This document shows positions 30,720 to 43,604 of a DNA stretch of 64,000 nt, in pieces. The notes under the pieces are model-generated. The model was not told where the DNA came from. It searched no databases and was given only the letters and a program-made list of their open reading frames with translations. How positions within the stretch are numbered: position 1 is the stretch's first letter; each line of letters starts with the position of its first letter. The stretch is from a virus (lineage: Duplodnaviria; Caudoviricetes), in the IMG/VR virus record IMGVR_UViG_3300026549_000036, one strand, 5' to 3'. A program made the translations under genes and the position numbers.

Positions 30720-31013
30720 ATGAAGAAAATCTTTTTGATTGTTATGTTGTTCGCACTTTCTGCTTTCGCCGATGAAATGTGTGTTGTTACATTTAAGATT
30801 AAGCAGTCCACATTCACGCTTAGCATTAGCGAACATATCAAGAACGAAGCAAACAAGCAGTTCCTCCAAATTCCTGTGGATTGTGATTTCTACAATACAT
30901 TGAGCATTGGTCAGGAACTTCACAACGAATTTAAGGTTGGTTCGTTCATTTTCAATGGTGATTTTTCTCGCTTGAAGATTACAGTTGAAAATAAACAGAA
31001 GGTAAAGAAGTAA
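30720..31013 (+). CDS. Small secreted protein
   Basis: Signal peptide MKKIFLIVMLFALSAFA. Confidence 0.7.
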   Translation: MKKIFLIVMLFALSAFADEMCVVTFKIKQSTFTLSISEHIKNEANKQFLQIPVDCDFYNTLSIGQELHNEFKVGSFIFNGDFSRLKITVENKQKVKK

Positions 31014-34000
31014 TGAACAGAAAAGAAATTCTTCAGTGTAGAGATTTTCTTAAAAGTCTCGGATTGACTCGTTGGAATGGGCGAGACTGGAAGTTTAATG
31101 ATAAACTAATCAACCCAAGTTATAAGATTATCTATGAATATGCTGGGACTTTCGTGATTTATACCCGAACTGAAGTAAGAAAATGGGATGGTAAGTACGA
31201 ATTGGTTACAAATTCTTGGTATGACTTTTCAGGAGATTTGGAAGAATTTAAGGTAGAAGTAAACAGTGCAGTTGAAAATTACAAGAAAGCAGCACAGAAA
31301 ATTAAAGAACTCAAAGCTCAAGAGGATTTTTAATGACTAAAAAAGATTACATTGCACTTGTTTATGAATTTGGTTTGTATTATGATGCTGATACTACTTC
31401 GGCATATTATAATGAATACCCGATTTGTGGTTACAGACCAGACCGGTCAAATTTCGGAACTAACGATTGGAGTTCAAAAATTTTAATTATTTTTGAAAAT
31501 TATACTGATAATCTTAACGAATACGGACACTATTCTGGTGTATATCAGGACAAATTTGCTACTAAAGTAGAAGAAGCTCGTCAGTTGATTTCAAATCAAA
31601 TTGTTTCTATTAAAAACAAGTACATAAATGCCCGATTGGAAAAAATGGAAAAGGATTTTTGATGAGAAAGAAAGATATTTTAAACATTTGCGACCAACTT
31701 GGAATTACTTATCAAGCTCAACCAGGTTTCCAAAACGAATCTTTATTCTATAAGGATTTTTATGTTGGTAGTATTGACAAGTTCGGAAGAAAGTATTCTA
31801 TCTATATGAGCCACGTCCCTAAAGAGATTGACGAAGGTGGATTGTTGGAAACTAAAGATAAAATAATTGCCGCATTGAATTTCAAAATCAAGTCCGCAAA
31901 GGAATTTGAAGCATTGAGGCGACAAGTGGAAATGGAGAAAGATTTTGAATAAGCAAATAGAACCAATTAAACAGATTGCGACTGAACTCGGTATCATTTT
32001 TGAAGATGATACTAAGGGTTGGCAGTGTTCAGTCAAAATTCCGTCTGCATATTATGTGACAGATGGTGATTATATTGAAGACCCAAGCACAATTTATATT
32101 TTCCGTTATGACGAAGAACGAATTACAGATTGTTTGTGTTTCACTAATCTAATTTTTGATACTGAACATAATAACAAACTAATTTGGGTAGGACACGATA
32201 ATTATGACCCAGTAATAAAAACCCCCAATTATAAAGAAATTAAACAAACATTAACCAAGTGCCTGAAAGAGTTGAAAGAAAAAGAAGAACAACTTAAAAT
32301 CAAAAACTTAGAAAAGGATTTTCAATGATAATGATACTAAATTTAACATTAGCATTTTTTGGTTTTGTAATCATTATCGCAGCCATTCTTGCCTTAAAAG
32401 GAATGATGAAGGTTAATGATTACAAAGTTAAGCCTTATGACAATACAATTTATCCAAGTCAAGCAGTTGAAATTGCTAAAAAATTAGCCGCATACAAAAC
32501 AAATTTCACTCGTTTTCCTGAACAAACGGCTACAAATGAAATTGAATTTATAGATACGAAAAATGTTGTGATTTTGAAAGTTTCTAAGGTATCGTGTTAT
32601 AGTTATATAACTGGAATTAAGAACCATCAGGGTTATCTGTATTCCATAATAAAAGATTATGTTGTTCTCAAAAGTTATACTTCGCTTGACGAATGTATGA
32701 GAGATTACCAGCAAAATTATTGTTTGTTTGTAAAGAAAATCAAAATTGCAGACAGACTTAAAAGTTTACAAGAGGATTTCTAATGAACAAAAAATATGAA
32801 ACAATGGCAAAGTTCAATATGTCAATGGTTCGCTATTTCGCAGATAAGTGTGGAACTGTTGGCCTGTATGATACTTACGATTGTAATTTTAGACCATTGG
32901 ATTTTAGTCAGTCCGATTTAAATTTATGGAAAATAATTGCTGCGTTTAGTAGTGATAATGACTTTGAGAATTTTCGTATTGTTCCAGAACAATATGCGAT
33001 TGAAAGAGTTAATAATTACTCAGCATATCAACTGGAAAAATACAAAAAACCAGTTTTGATTTTCAAACGAATTAACAATAATAACTGTGATTGGGAAATG
33101 TTAATGCAGATTACCAAGCCGGCTTTACTTTGTCAATACATAGATGGTGTAAAATATGCTTATGGATTGTCTGCTCAGGGAACTCCACTCCAGCTTGGTG
33201 TGCTGAACACTAGAGATGATTTTGATTGTTTCAAACGCAGATATACAGAAATAGAAAAACAAGTAGAAAGCAATTTTAAAGAACTTGAACGATATAAGTT
33301 GCTCAAAAAGCAATACGAAGAAAAAATTAGACTAATGAGAATGTCAGATGACTTTTGATGAATACTACAATTTGATGGACAAATACGGAATTGAAGTAGA
33401 CGCAGATTTGTATCTGTGTTATAGAAATTATTTGCTGGGTAGAATTGAAACAGACACAACTTATGAAGACCCAAATCGTAATGTTGCTTTTATTACTTAT
33501 AATAACAATGGAAAGCCGATGCGACTGTTAAATCCTATCGCAATAGATAATTTGTTAAAACACAGAACATTGGAAATAAAGAAGCAAAATGTAAAAGATA
33601 AAATAAATAAACTGAATGAGGACTTTGTATGAATGGTGTTGATTTTGAAAATTTTTATAAGAAATTTAATTTGAAATGGGACTTTCTTAATACAAATAAT
33701 TTTGAAACCAATTTACTTTATAGAGATAAATTTGTGTGTTCATATTACAAGAACCCCGAATCAGGTGAACGATTTATCCGATTTCCAGGTAAATGGTGGG
33801 CAGTTTCAAACTATAAAAAAGCTTGCGAATGTTTTGAAACATACTGCCGAAAGACAATAAAAGAGATTGACGAATTTTATAAACTGAGACGAATTAAAGA
33901 GGATTTTGAATGACACAAGCAGAACTTGTAACATTATGTAAATCACTTGGTTTCTGTGGTGAGCCAGGCAGATGTGTAAGAGGTTCATATTATGCTAATT

Positions 34001-37000
34001 TGAATCCCGAAAAATATACAGGTCCGACACTGATTTATCAACCAGTTGATGACACAAATGTTTATATTAGTCCTAGAGTTCATATTATGAAAAAACCACA
34101 CTTCTTTGCTGGTGTTCATAAAATATATGCTTATGAAGGAGTTAAAGACCCTAAATCAGAAACATATTCAATGAAAGAAAAATACCCAAAATATGATTTG
34201 AGTGATGATGAACAAATTAAAAAGGCACTGGTTGATTTACAGAAACAATGGAAAAGCGAACTGAATAAAATCAGAGAAGAAGAAATAAAAGGAGACTTTT
34301 ATGACGCTTAAAGAACTTGAAGAATTTTGTAATGGATTGGGATTTGATGGAAAAATTGGGCAATGCTGTGGCATTGATGGTGCTTTGTATTGCGATTTGG
34401 GTTATGAGTATGACGGCCCAACTGTAATATATTCTCCGCCTGGTGAAGAATATGTTTATATCGCAGAAGTTTTGACAATGAAAAAGAGTAAAAATAAGCA
34501 TTACACTTATGAATATGATAGCATTGAAGGTGGAACTGAATTTGAAGATGATATGACTATTATCTATCCTCAATACAAATTAAAAGATACTGAAGCAGTT
34601 CAAAAAGCAATTTATGCTTTGAAACACGAATGGAAAGAATGTTTAACAAAAATACGAATAAGGAAAGCAAAAAGTGACTTTCGCTGAGTTTAAAAGAATT
34701 TTAAAGAAATATAATTTAGCAAATAAAGATGCTTCGGATAAGGAAATTGAGTATGTTTATAGAACATGGTCAGTTAAGACTTTTTGCACAGACATAAATT
34801 CTAAACATTTAACCTTCATTAGAGATAATGATTTACATTTGTATTCTATGACACAGGACGAATTTATAGAACTGTTGAATATGAATATGGAACTGCTTAA
34901 GTACTATAAATGCGAACAAAAAATTATAAAGATGAATGAAGATTTTATATGAGTAGTACAGTTAAAATTGAACCAAACATATTAGCTTATCTAAAAGCGA
35001 ACTGTCGCTTTGTGTCAGCATTTGGTGAAACTTATTATTGGAAAAGATTTAACTATTTTAATTTGTTTTTGTATCCGGAAAAATTGGATATAGCCAGTCA
35101 CGAAAGGGGTCTGGACGGAAAACCACTTGACTTAGGAGAAATGGAATTACTTTGTAAATATAAGTTTTGGTATCAACTTAATTATGATGAATTCCTGAAA
35201 ATGATTAGCGAAGTAGAACTTTTTGATAAAGAACTAAGTTTAGTTGAAAAATATAAATCCATTGAGAAGGATTTTTAGTATTGTTTTTTGACAGGATTTT
35301 TCTAAATTAGAAATATGTATATAAACTTTCCACAAAAATCTTTTCCAATGTATTTCAAGCGTTTCCTTGATACTGGTAAGCATTATGCCATTTTCTTTAA
35401 AGATGTTGTTCAGGACACTTATGCTATCAGTATGAAACCAGAACCAGTTAATAATTATTGTGGATTGCCGGTTTTGAAAGTCATTGACCTGAATACTTTG
35501 GATAAATTGGAACCCGAATTTGTGTGGAAAGTTTTTGAACAAACTTTGAAAGAACTTGATGTTGCGGAGGATTTCTAAATGCTCATTGGACTTATTAAAT
35601 ACAAATTAGCCAAACGCAAAGTCATTAAAAATATGGAATTCTATGTAGATGTTGAAGATACTTATCTGACAAACATTTTTAATCACTACTTAGATTATTT
35701 TGAATACATTAAAGATATGGTTATGAAGCGTTATGAGTTAATGGTCGGTTATGGAAAAGAAGATTACTTTATTGACGATAGCAGATGGTATATTGAAGAA
35801 CTGAATAAAACCAAAAGAGAAATTGAAGAAGTTTTCAAGAAAGAACGATTTAATGTTCAGCTCATAAAGGCTATGAATAATAAAGGTCTTTTTACAGATT
35901 ACAGAAAAGGCCAGGCTGAAAGCATTATTGAAAACTTTTACAAAGCCAAAGAGATTTACGAAACTCGTTACCAAACATTCAGTCCTGAATTGTTGGTAAA
36001 AGAATACAAAATCAAACAGAAACTAAAAAGATTACAAGGAGACTTCTAATGTACGAAGAATACGAATTTTCAGACCAGTTTATGCGTAATATGACACATG
36101 AAATTGAACGATATGTAGAAGCAAGTCGTAATCATATTAAAGGCCTTGAAGGTAAAGTTGATTTTTTGGAAGACCAAATAATTACTTTGGAAAAGCAACA
36201 CGAACAATTACAACTGTTGGTTGAAATGATTAAAAGAGAAAATGAAGCTCTCAAAGCCTATATTAAATCTGGCGAGAAGATTCTCAAACTTGAAAAGGAT
36301 TTTGCTGATGACACGAATGGAAGCATTTGAGAAACTAGCAAAAAATAACGGACTTGATATTGAAATAATTGATAATGTTCATAGAGCTTGGTTCAATGAT
36401 AAAGATTTCGTGATGAGCATAAACACAAGAAAAGAATTCCAAGCTTTAGAAGTTGCGTCAAAAGTATTGGGTAGAAAGTTTATGTTGTTCAAACAATATA
36501 CGGACATTGGACCGAGAATTTATACGAAATTAGACAAACAAATTAAACAACTAATCGGCGATTTTAAAGTAGCCCAGGTAGAAGAAAGACTGGAGATTAT
36601 GGGAAATGACTTTAAATGATTTTATGGAACTCTGTGAGAAAAACCATTTACAACCTGAAGAATACAGTAAAAATTGGTATATTGCTAACATAAAATCAAA
36701 GTTTATAAAAGCAACTTGGATAATTTGTTATTGTACTACTGATGAGAAAACTGTATTACCGAATGACATTAGTACTGATGGTAAAACAATTACTTATAAT
36801 GGAAATGTTTTATACAATGAAACTGATTTCAACTGTAAACTTAAAGTTGTTAGAGAATTGGTTAGACTCTGTAAACAAAGAGAAGTTGAAAATAAACTGG
36901 AAGATTTGAAAAATGACTTTTGATAACGATGATATGGTTAGAATTTGTGATAAAATCACAGACAAGTGTGGTGTGCCTTGGGTTGAGCAGGTTCTTCGCA

Positions 37001-37886
37001 TAACAGATGAAAATTATATGCCGTTGATTAACTGGGGCAAGTCACCTTGTAGAGGACGCGGTCTTTCGTATGGATTTTATAACAATGCTTCAAATAAAAA
37101 TAAAGCTGAGTGGATTCATAATAAAACTTATAATGTTGTTTTTAACTTCGCTTTTAATACTCTGGTTGATTTAGACATTGACAAAGACGGAATTTACTAT
37201 TACGAAAATCTTGAAGTTGATATAAACAACGAATGGAAAAATAATAAAGATTATTGGGATGGAACTGCTTGTATAGTTGGTGAATATACCTTCAAGCCAT
37301 TTTCGTTTTTCAAAACAGAAGACCAACTGGTTGCGTTCGCAGCAGCAAAGTACAAATCTTTGAATAATAAATATATGGCTCTGCTTAACGAATTAAATGA
37401 TAAGACAGCTAAAACTTGGAAGAGTCTAATCATCAAAAAGAAGCAGAAAAAGGCGAAAGCCAAAATCAGAGAACTACAGGAAGATTTTGAATGATTACAA
37501 GAGAAGAAGTAATAGAAGTTTGTAATAAATTGGGATTGGTGGAATACACCGCTCCTGAATTAGACGAGTATAGACCTTGGAGATTTTCAAATAGCATTTT
37601 TAAAACTCCAACTTCATCCACGATTGTAGTTCTATCAAAAAATCCACACGATAAAGTAACTGGAAATAGACTGTATTTTTACGATAAAATAAAATACTTA
37701 AAAGATGATGGATTTAGGATGTGTTGTGAAGATGAAGTTTTGGCTTATTGTTCAAAAGATGGTAAAAAATATGCTGAAATGTATGATAAGGAATCTTTTG
37801 AAACTGCCGTTAAAAATGTAATCAAGAAAATAAAAACAACTGAAATGAATTTTAAACTAGAAAATATACAGAAAGATTTTAAATAA
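31013..37886 (+). other. Array of 19 consecutive DF-tail ORFs (starts 31013, 31333, 31659, 31945, 32325, 32783, 33348, 33629, 33910, 34301, 34674, 34949, 35315, 35579, 36049, 36308, 36606, 36913, 37491)
   Basis: Each ends in, or just after, a K-rich helix plus (L/I/M/A/V)xxDF; mostly stop/start coupled. Confidence 0.8.
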
Positions 37887-37902
37887 TAAATAGAATACAA
37901 TT

Positions 37903-38190
37903 ATGATTGAAACAGTTTATTGGTTATTCGGCATTATTGGTGCCGGAGCATTTGCTATAAATTTATTTCCGCAACTTATTAAATGTTATAAAGAAAAATC
38001 TGCTAAACAAATTTCAGTAGGATTTATTATCCTAGCCTTTGTTGGAAATTTGTGTTCAGCAGTTTTTGTGTTTTATACGAATTATAAAACTGGTTTATGG
38101 CAAATCCCTATCTATTTCAATTATGGAATTGCAACTTTATTAACAATTATTTTGACAATTATGAAGGTTAAGTATGACAAAGATAAATAG
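37903..38190 (+). CDS. PQ-loop / SemiSWEET-like membrane protein
   Basis: FPQLIK...KSAKQIS; three TM helices. Confidence 0.8.
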   Translation: MIETVYWLFGIIGAGAFAINLFPQLIKCYKEKSAKQISVGFIILAFVGNLCSAVFVFYTNYKTGLWQIPIYFNYGIATLLTIILTIMKVKYDKDK

Positions 38191-39329
38191 ATTTCTTAAC
38201 ATTTTAATTCCACGGAATCTTCTTGCCAACCTGTCTTGGCACAGTTTATAACTATTCTCAATATGCTAAAAACATAATGGAATGGTTTGATATAAGTAAA
38301 TTCTCAACTGACATTGGTTTTACTTTAATCATTTTCTTCCTGGGTATGGGTGCTGCCACTTTTGGTAGAATGGTAGAACTTAACCCTAAACGAATGGCTT
38401 GTATCAGTACCATATTGTTCTTTATTGGTATGATACTTGTTTTCTGTTCGCTCCAATTCCACTTGTTACCACTGTATTATGTTGGGTGTTCCTTTATGGG
38501 ATGTGGTACTGGTATTGGTTATGTTTCACCTATTAAGCAGTTGCTCAGTAATTTCGCAGATCATAAAGGTTTAGCATCTGGTTTGGCTATTACTGGTTTT
38601 GGATTGGGTAAGTTCGTAGCTGCTCCAGCCATTGAGTATTTGCTTACGGCTGTATCTCTACCTACTATGTTCCTTGTCCTTGCTGTGGCATTCCTGCTCA
38701 TTATGAGTGTATGTTCGTGGTTGTTTAAACCAAATCCAGCGTTCATTTCTACGGTCTATACTGCTATCCCTATTAGCACTCTAGTTAAGTACACATTCCT
38801 AACAAAGCAATATATTTCTGTATGGTTAATGTTCTGTATTAACATATCCTGTGGGTTGGCAATTATTTCGCAGGAGAAAGGATTGCTTACAGGACTTGGT
38901 TTTAAAGAAATCGCAACAATTATGAGTTTGACTGCCGTATTCAACATTCTCGGTAGATTTGGTATGAGTACTGTGAGCGATAAAATCGGAAGAAAGTGTA
39001 CTTACCATTATATTTGTAGTATAGGTATTATTGGTGCTTTCTTATGTTATACACAATTTGCTTGGCCCGCATTATTTGGTATTTTACTCATTGAATTTGC
39101 TTATGGTGGCAATTTTTCTACTTTGCCAAGTTTATTATCTAAATACTTTGGAGAAAATTGTGTTTCAACTGTACATGCTATGACTTTATCTGGATGGGGT
39201 ATTGCAGGAATAATAGGTCCTGTATTAGCAAATATATTTACTGGTACAAATCTATATTTAGTTTTAGCTGGTCTATATTTTATTGGTTTTTTTGGTATGA
39301 CTATATGTTTAAAATCAAAAGAAACATAA
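38174..39329 (+). CDS. MFS transporter (OFA-like), +1 frameshift at CGG 38213
   Basis: Join MTKINRFLNILIP-GIFLPTCLGTVY restores TM1; KGLASGLAITGFG, SDKIGR. Confidence 0.85.
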
Positions 39330-39442
39330 AAGGACAGGTGCTTCCTCCGTGGCACTTGGTGGATGTTACAGCATCCACCTAACTTTTATAAATATATTGT
39401 AGACTGTAATCTACATTAACATTTTTAACGGAGAATAATATG
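39329..39442 (+). promoter_or_regulatory. Second copy of the structured leader, TATAAATA at 39387
   Basis: Covarying stems relative to the 14798 copy. Confidence 0.75.
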
Positions 39443-40549
39443 AATGGCACAATAATATGTAAAATTTGTGGTCAGCCCTTTAAAACATATTGGGCTTTAA
39501 GTAAACATATAACAGATAAACACAATATATCAAAACAAGAATATTACGATAAATATTTTAAAAAACCTGGTGAAGGACTTTGTTATATATGTGGTAATAC
39601 AACAAAATTTTTAGGCAAAATTAATTATGGATATAATAAATTTTGTTGTAAAGAATGTTATAAACTTTATATGTCAAAAACAAATAGTAGTGAAACGTAT
39701 AAACAAAAAGTAAGAAAAACATTAAAAGAAAAATATGGTGAAGATGTAGAAAATGCTTTTCAATTAAAAATTGTTAAAGAAAAAATTGAAAATACATGTT
39801 TACAAAAATTTGGTGTAAAATATGCAACTCAATCTGATAAAATGAAAGAAAATAGTAAAAAAACTAAACTAGAAAAATATAATAATGAAAATTATACAAA
39901 TCGTGAAAAAGCATTAAAAACTTGTGAAGAAAAATATGGAAACAAATATTGGAATAATAGTGAACAAAATAAAATAACTTGTTTTGAAAAATATGGTGAA
40001 ACAAATCCAATGAAAGTTCAAGAAATAAAAGAAAATTTCTTTAAAAAATATAAAGAAAAAACAGGATATGATACACCATTTAATAATCCTAAAGTTATAG
40101 AAAAACGAAAAGAAAATTATTATAATAAAACAGGATATTATTATAATTCACAAAATCCAGAAGTTCATAAAAAACAAATGTGTTGTCGTTATACAGCACC
40201 TAATGGTAAAAATTATGATAGTAGCTGGGAATATAAATTTGAACAATATTTAATTGAAAGTAAGATACAATATGAATATCAACCAAATATAACTTTTAAA
40301 TGGATTGATTTCGAAGGTATTGAAAGAACTTATCTACCAGATTTTAAATTAATATATCCAGATGGTAAAGTAGAAATTGTTGAAATAAAAGGAGACCAAT
40401 TTTTTGATAAAGAAAATAATTATATAGATCCGCACGATAAAACTGAAATAGGACTATTTAATGCCAAACAAAAATATAATTGTATGATTGATAATGGTAT
40501 TAAAATACTTAGAAGAACAGATCTTAAATTATTAGGAATAAAATTATAA
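39440..40549 (+). CDS. Free-standing homing-endonuclease-like protein
   Basis: CKIC..H..H, KYG repeats, DSSWE, YLPDF..VEIKG; paralog of 14916. Confidence 0.75.
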   Translation: MNGTIICKICGQPFKTYWALSKHITDKHNISKQEYYDKYFKKPGEGLCYICGNTTKFLGKINYGYNKFCCKECYKLYMSKTNSSETYKQKVRKTLKEKYGEDVENAFQLKIVKEKIENTCLQKFGVKYATQSDKMKENSKKTKLEKYNNENYTNREKALKTCEEKYGNKYWNNSEQNKITCFEKYGETNPMKVQEIKENFFKKYKEKTGYDTPFNNPKVIEKRKENYYNKTGYYYNSQNPEVHKKQMCCRYTAPNGKNYDSSWEYKFEQYLIESKIQYEYQPNITFKWIDFEGIERTYLPDFKLIYPDGKVEIVEIKGDQFFDKENNYIDPHDKTEIGLFNAKQKYNCMIDNGIKILRRTDLKLLGIKL

Positions 40550-40632
40550 GTTTGGTTTAAAACCATTTCATTCTATGTGGGTATTAACAAACTCAATACC
40601 CATTTTTATATTATAACTAAGGAGATTAAACT

Positions 40633-40860
40633 ATGAATAATTATCTTATTGTAACTACTAAAGATTCAACTGGAACTTTCATTGACTACATCAAATTGAA
40701 GTATGTAGAAAGTTTCTCTATTTCAGGTGATGGTGAACGAATTGTTGTTACTATGCGAAGTGGCAGACAACATTTCATTAGCAATAAGTTCTCTACTTGC
40801 GAACAAAATAGCCAGAATGTTCCTTGGGAAGAACTTCCACGTATCATTTGTAATGGGTAA
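40633..40860 (+). CDS. Hypothetical protein
   Basis: AGGAG SD. Confidence 0.6.
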   Translation: MNNYLIVTTKDSTGTFIDYIKLKYVESFSISGDGERIVVTMRSGRQHFISNKFSTCEQNSQNVPWEELPRIICNG

Positions 40861-40863
40861 ACT

Positions 40864-42036
40864 ATGCTTATAAACCAGCAAATCACAGACGAATTAAAAA
40901 GTCATATTTGGGCGCTTGATTGGCAAAATTGTTGCGATGAAAAGACCAAATATACAACAGACGCAACATATCGTGAACAAATTAAAAATGATTGGTTCAC
41001 AAAACTAGAAGCAGAAATTGATGATTATAAAGACAAAGTAATTAGTCAATTTACTTCCAATGGATTTTTAGTAGATTACAATGACCAGTGTTATTCTAGT
41101 CTAAGGGCGAACATTTGCCGATTGACATATAAACTACGATTCTCAAAGAACGAAAAAACAAATCCTTTTGAGGCGGACATTAAAATTTGTGTTAATCTTG
41201 AAGATGAAGGTGTTTCTTATAACTGGTATATTGACAACCCAGTCCGAATTTATTACAAGAAATACTTGAATTGGGGTAACAGAAATGCCTGTAATCACAT
41301 GCTGTTCACAAGACGAGGATTTGCCCGTAGATATGGTTACAGTAGTTATCGCTGGGTAGGCACGATTGACGAATGGGCAGAAGGCACAAAGGCCAAAGAC
41401 ATTTGTAAGAAACTAAAGAAAACTATTACTGATATGGAATGTGAACACGAAAAATTACAGAAAGGTGTTCAGCAGAAAAAGAAAGAACTCCATATTCAGG
41501 AAGATGATGTTTTCGGAATGTTGACTGATTTGAATACAGAATTTAAAAATGCGAATGTTAAGTTCTTATTCAATGGCGAATGTAATTTTGATTATGTTGA
41601 TTCACCAATACGCTTCAATATAGTTTGTTCTAACAACCCAAGTCAAGATGACGAAAACTTGTATGTAAAAGAAGGTGTAGACATCGCATTTGAAGATGGT
41701 CCTTGGCCTGATGGAACAGCGGAAGAACGTGCTCAGTGGCAAAAGACACTTGAAAGCCATAAAATGAGATTGTTCTCAGATAACATAAATCCACAAACAG
41801 GTTATTACAGAAACCATATTACTATTTCATTGGTTTACAGACCAGATGTTCCTACTCATTGGCACTGTGAAATTTCCCATCCAATTTCTAACAAAATAAT
41901 TAAAAATATGCTTGGTTGTGAAACCTATTATGATTGTGGAACATTGGATGAAATAAAAGAACAATTAACTACTATATTCAGACGAGATAATAGTCTGTAT
42001 AATACTATTGAGGAATGGAAAAATGGCCTTAATTGA
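40864..42036 (+). CDS. Hypothetical protein, 390 aa
   Basis: Long ORF; internal DF-tail-like segment KKELHIQEDDVF. Confidence 0.7.
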   Translation: MLINQQITDELKSHIWALDWQNCCDEKTKYTTDATYREQIKNDWFTKLEAEIDDYKDKVISQFTSNGFLVDYNDQCYSSLRANICRLTYKLRFSKNEKTNPFEADIKICVNLEDEGVSYNWYIDNPVRIYYKKYLNWGNRNACNHMLFTRRGFARRYGYSSYRWVGTIDEWAEGTKAKDICKKLKKTITDMECEHEKLQKGVQQKKKELHIQEDDVFGMLTDLNTEFKNANVKFLFNGECNFDYVDSPIRFNIVCSNNPSQDDENLYVKEGVDIAFEDGPWPDGTAEERAQWQKTLESHKMRLFSDNINPQTGYYRNHITISLVYRPDVPTHWHCEISHPISNKIIKNMLGCETYYDCGTLDEIKEQLTTIFRRDNSLYNTIEEWKNGLN

Positions 42037-42523
42037 GATACCACAAGAAAAGTTAGATGAGATTAAAAAAGACCGAAAGTACAGTTTTATAACTCCACAA
42101 CAGGTTAGAAATCGTATTCAGGTCTGGGCAAGTAAACTCGGATGTAATCGCTGTCCAAAGGATATGCACGAAATTTCACAAAACTATCTTTTCTGTGTAA
42201 CTTTAAATGGGGCTGAATATGAATCCTTTGTTGGAACTAATGGTAATGTTCCACAAACAACATCTTACTGGAATTTTAACATTACTGTAATCAGACGAGA
42301 AGATATGCGTGAAGAAAGGCGAAAAGATTATATAATCTATGACAGACATTATCACGCACATCTGTTCTTTGAAATTCCAGTAATTGATTCTTTCTCAGAC
42401 GAGAAAATAGAAAAATGGGAAGATTTCTGTTTGAGATTTTTAGCCAAACAGGTTTTCATTAACAAAAAGAAAGCTAAAAATTGGCTGAAAATGAAAAAAT
42501 TAAATTCCGATTTTGAAGATTAA
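42023..42523 (+). CDS. DF-tail family hypothetical protein
   Basis: Ends MKKLNSDFED. Confidence 0.7.
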   Translation: MALIEIPQEKLDEIKKDRKYSFITPQQVRNRIQVWASKLGCNRCPKDMHEISQNYLFCVTLNGAEYESFVGTNGNVPQTTSYWNFNITVIRREDMREERRKDYIIYDRHYHAHLFFEIPVIDSFSDEKIEKWEDFCLRFLAKQVFINKKKAKNWLKMKKLNSDFED

Positions 42524-42552
42524 AAAAGGACGATTAAAAATCGTCCTTTTCT
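42523..42552. terminator. Bidirectional terminator
   Basis: AAAAAGGACGA/TCGTCCTTTT between convergent genes. Confidence 0.8.
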
Positions 42553-43098
42553 TTATTCACCCAAAGCCATCGCTTTTTCGGCTGGATATTGGTAATCAGG
42601 TGCTTTCTTCAACCAAGATAACAGTTGACGAAGAACAGTGATTAACTGATATGCATTCCATTTGACTGTCCCTATATCTTCAGTGAAAATACGAGCTGGG
42701 TCATAACCGTCCACACCGTAAGTATATAATTGTTCCATTGGTGTTAAGTGGTAGAAGTGGAACTTGTTATTTGTCAAATCAGATATAGTTCTCTCAATTT
42801 CTTTTTTCGCATTTACTTTATCGTGACAAAGTTCTCGCTTGATAATCTGTAAAATCGGACACCAAGTTGTTTTGTTCTTGTCATTTTCAAAATGAGCATA
42901 AGTATCCATCATTTCGTCAATTTCAATAAATCGGTTCATATTCAAAACGAGCCATAATCTTAACAACTGCGGAATGAGTCTTACGTTCTCACCTCTCCCA
43001 AATTCGTCAAGTTGTTCAGGTGTGAACTTTGTTTTAAAATGCGACATTCTTTTATTATACAGTTCTAATCGTTCTGCGTAGGTTTTCTTTTGTTTCAT
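42553..43098 (-). CDS. Hypothetical protein, the only credible minus-strand gene
   Basis: GGAG SD; no overlapping + strand gene. Confidence 0.8.
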   Translation of the reverse strand: MKQKKTYAERLELYNKRMSHFKTKFTPEQLDEFGRGENVRLIPQLLRLWLVLNMNRFIEIDEMMDTYAHFENDKNKTTWCPILQIIKRELCHDKVNAKKEIERTISDLTNNKFHFYHLTPMEQLYTYGVDGYDPARIFTEDIGTVKWNAYQLITVLRQLLSWLKKAPDYQYPAEKAMALGE

Positions 43099-43220
43099 AT
43101 TTTTTCTCCATTAAAATATCAGCTAGATTTTGTCTAACTGGCGTGAATTATTGAAGTTCTAGTTGAAACAAAAGTGTAAATTAACTATTGCGAACTAGAA
43201 CATTTTTTGCTATATTAAAT

Positions 43221-43604
43221 ATGTATAAACTTAGAGATTTAAATACTATGGGCTACAAAGAAATTATAAAGTATCTTGACGATTTTCCATTCCTTCACAA
43301 GCAAGAATATAGTGAAGGTTCAGTTGCGTATGAAATCGTAACTAAAACTATGTATCCTGAAGACGATGATTTACCGACAGAAAACACAGCTAGAGCAATT
43401 ACCATTGACCGATATGGACTTACTTGTCGCAGACTTATGGTTATGAATGGTCTGATTTATGCTAGAGAAGAACTTGAAGTAAATAATCTTACAGAACTGA
43501 AAAATTATTTGGTTGAAGTTGAAGAAGAAATTAAACGATATAGTAAACTGTATAAACAGGCTATGGTTGATTATAAACTAAACAAAATGAAGGAAGATTT
43601 TTAA
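43221..43604 (+). CDS. DF-tail family hypothetical protein
   Basis: Ends KLNKMKEDF. Confidence 0.7.
   Translation: MYKLRDLNTMGYKEIIKYLDDFPFLHKQEYSEGSVAYEIVTKTMYPEDDDLPTENTARAITIDRYGLTCRRLMVMNGLIYAREELEVNNLTELKNYLVEVEEEIKRYSKLYKQAMVDYKLNKMKEDF

Noticed and set aside
31013-37886. CRISPR array, integron attC sites or DGR repeats in the small-ORF array
   Set aside because: No intergenic repeats or near-identical nucleotide repeats; similarity is confined to the short C-terminal motif.
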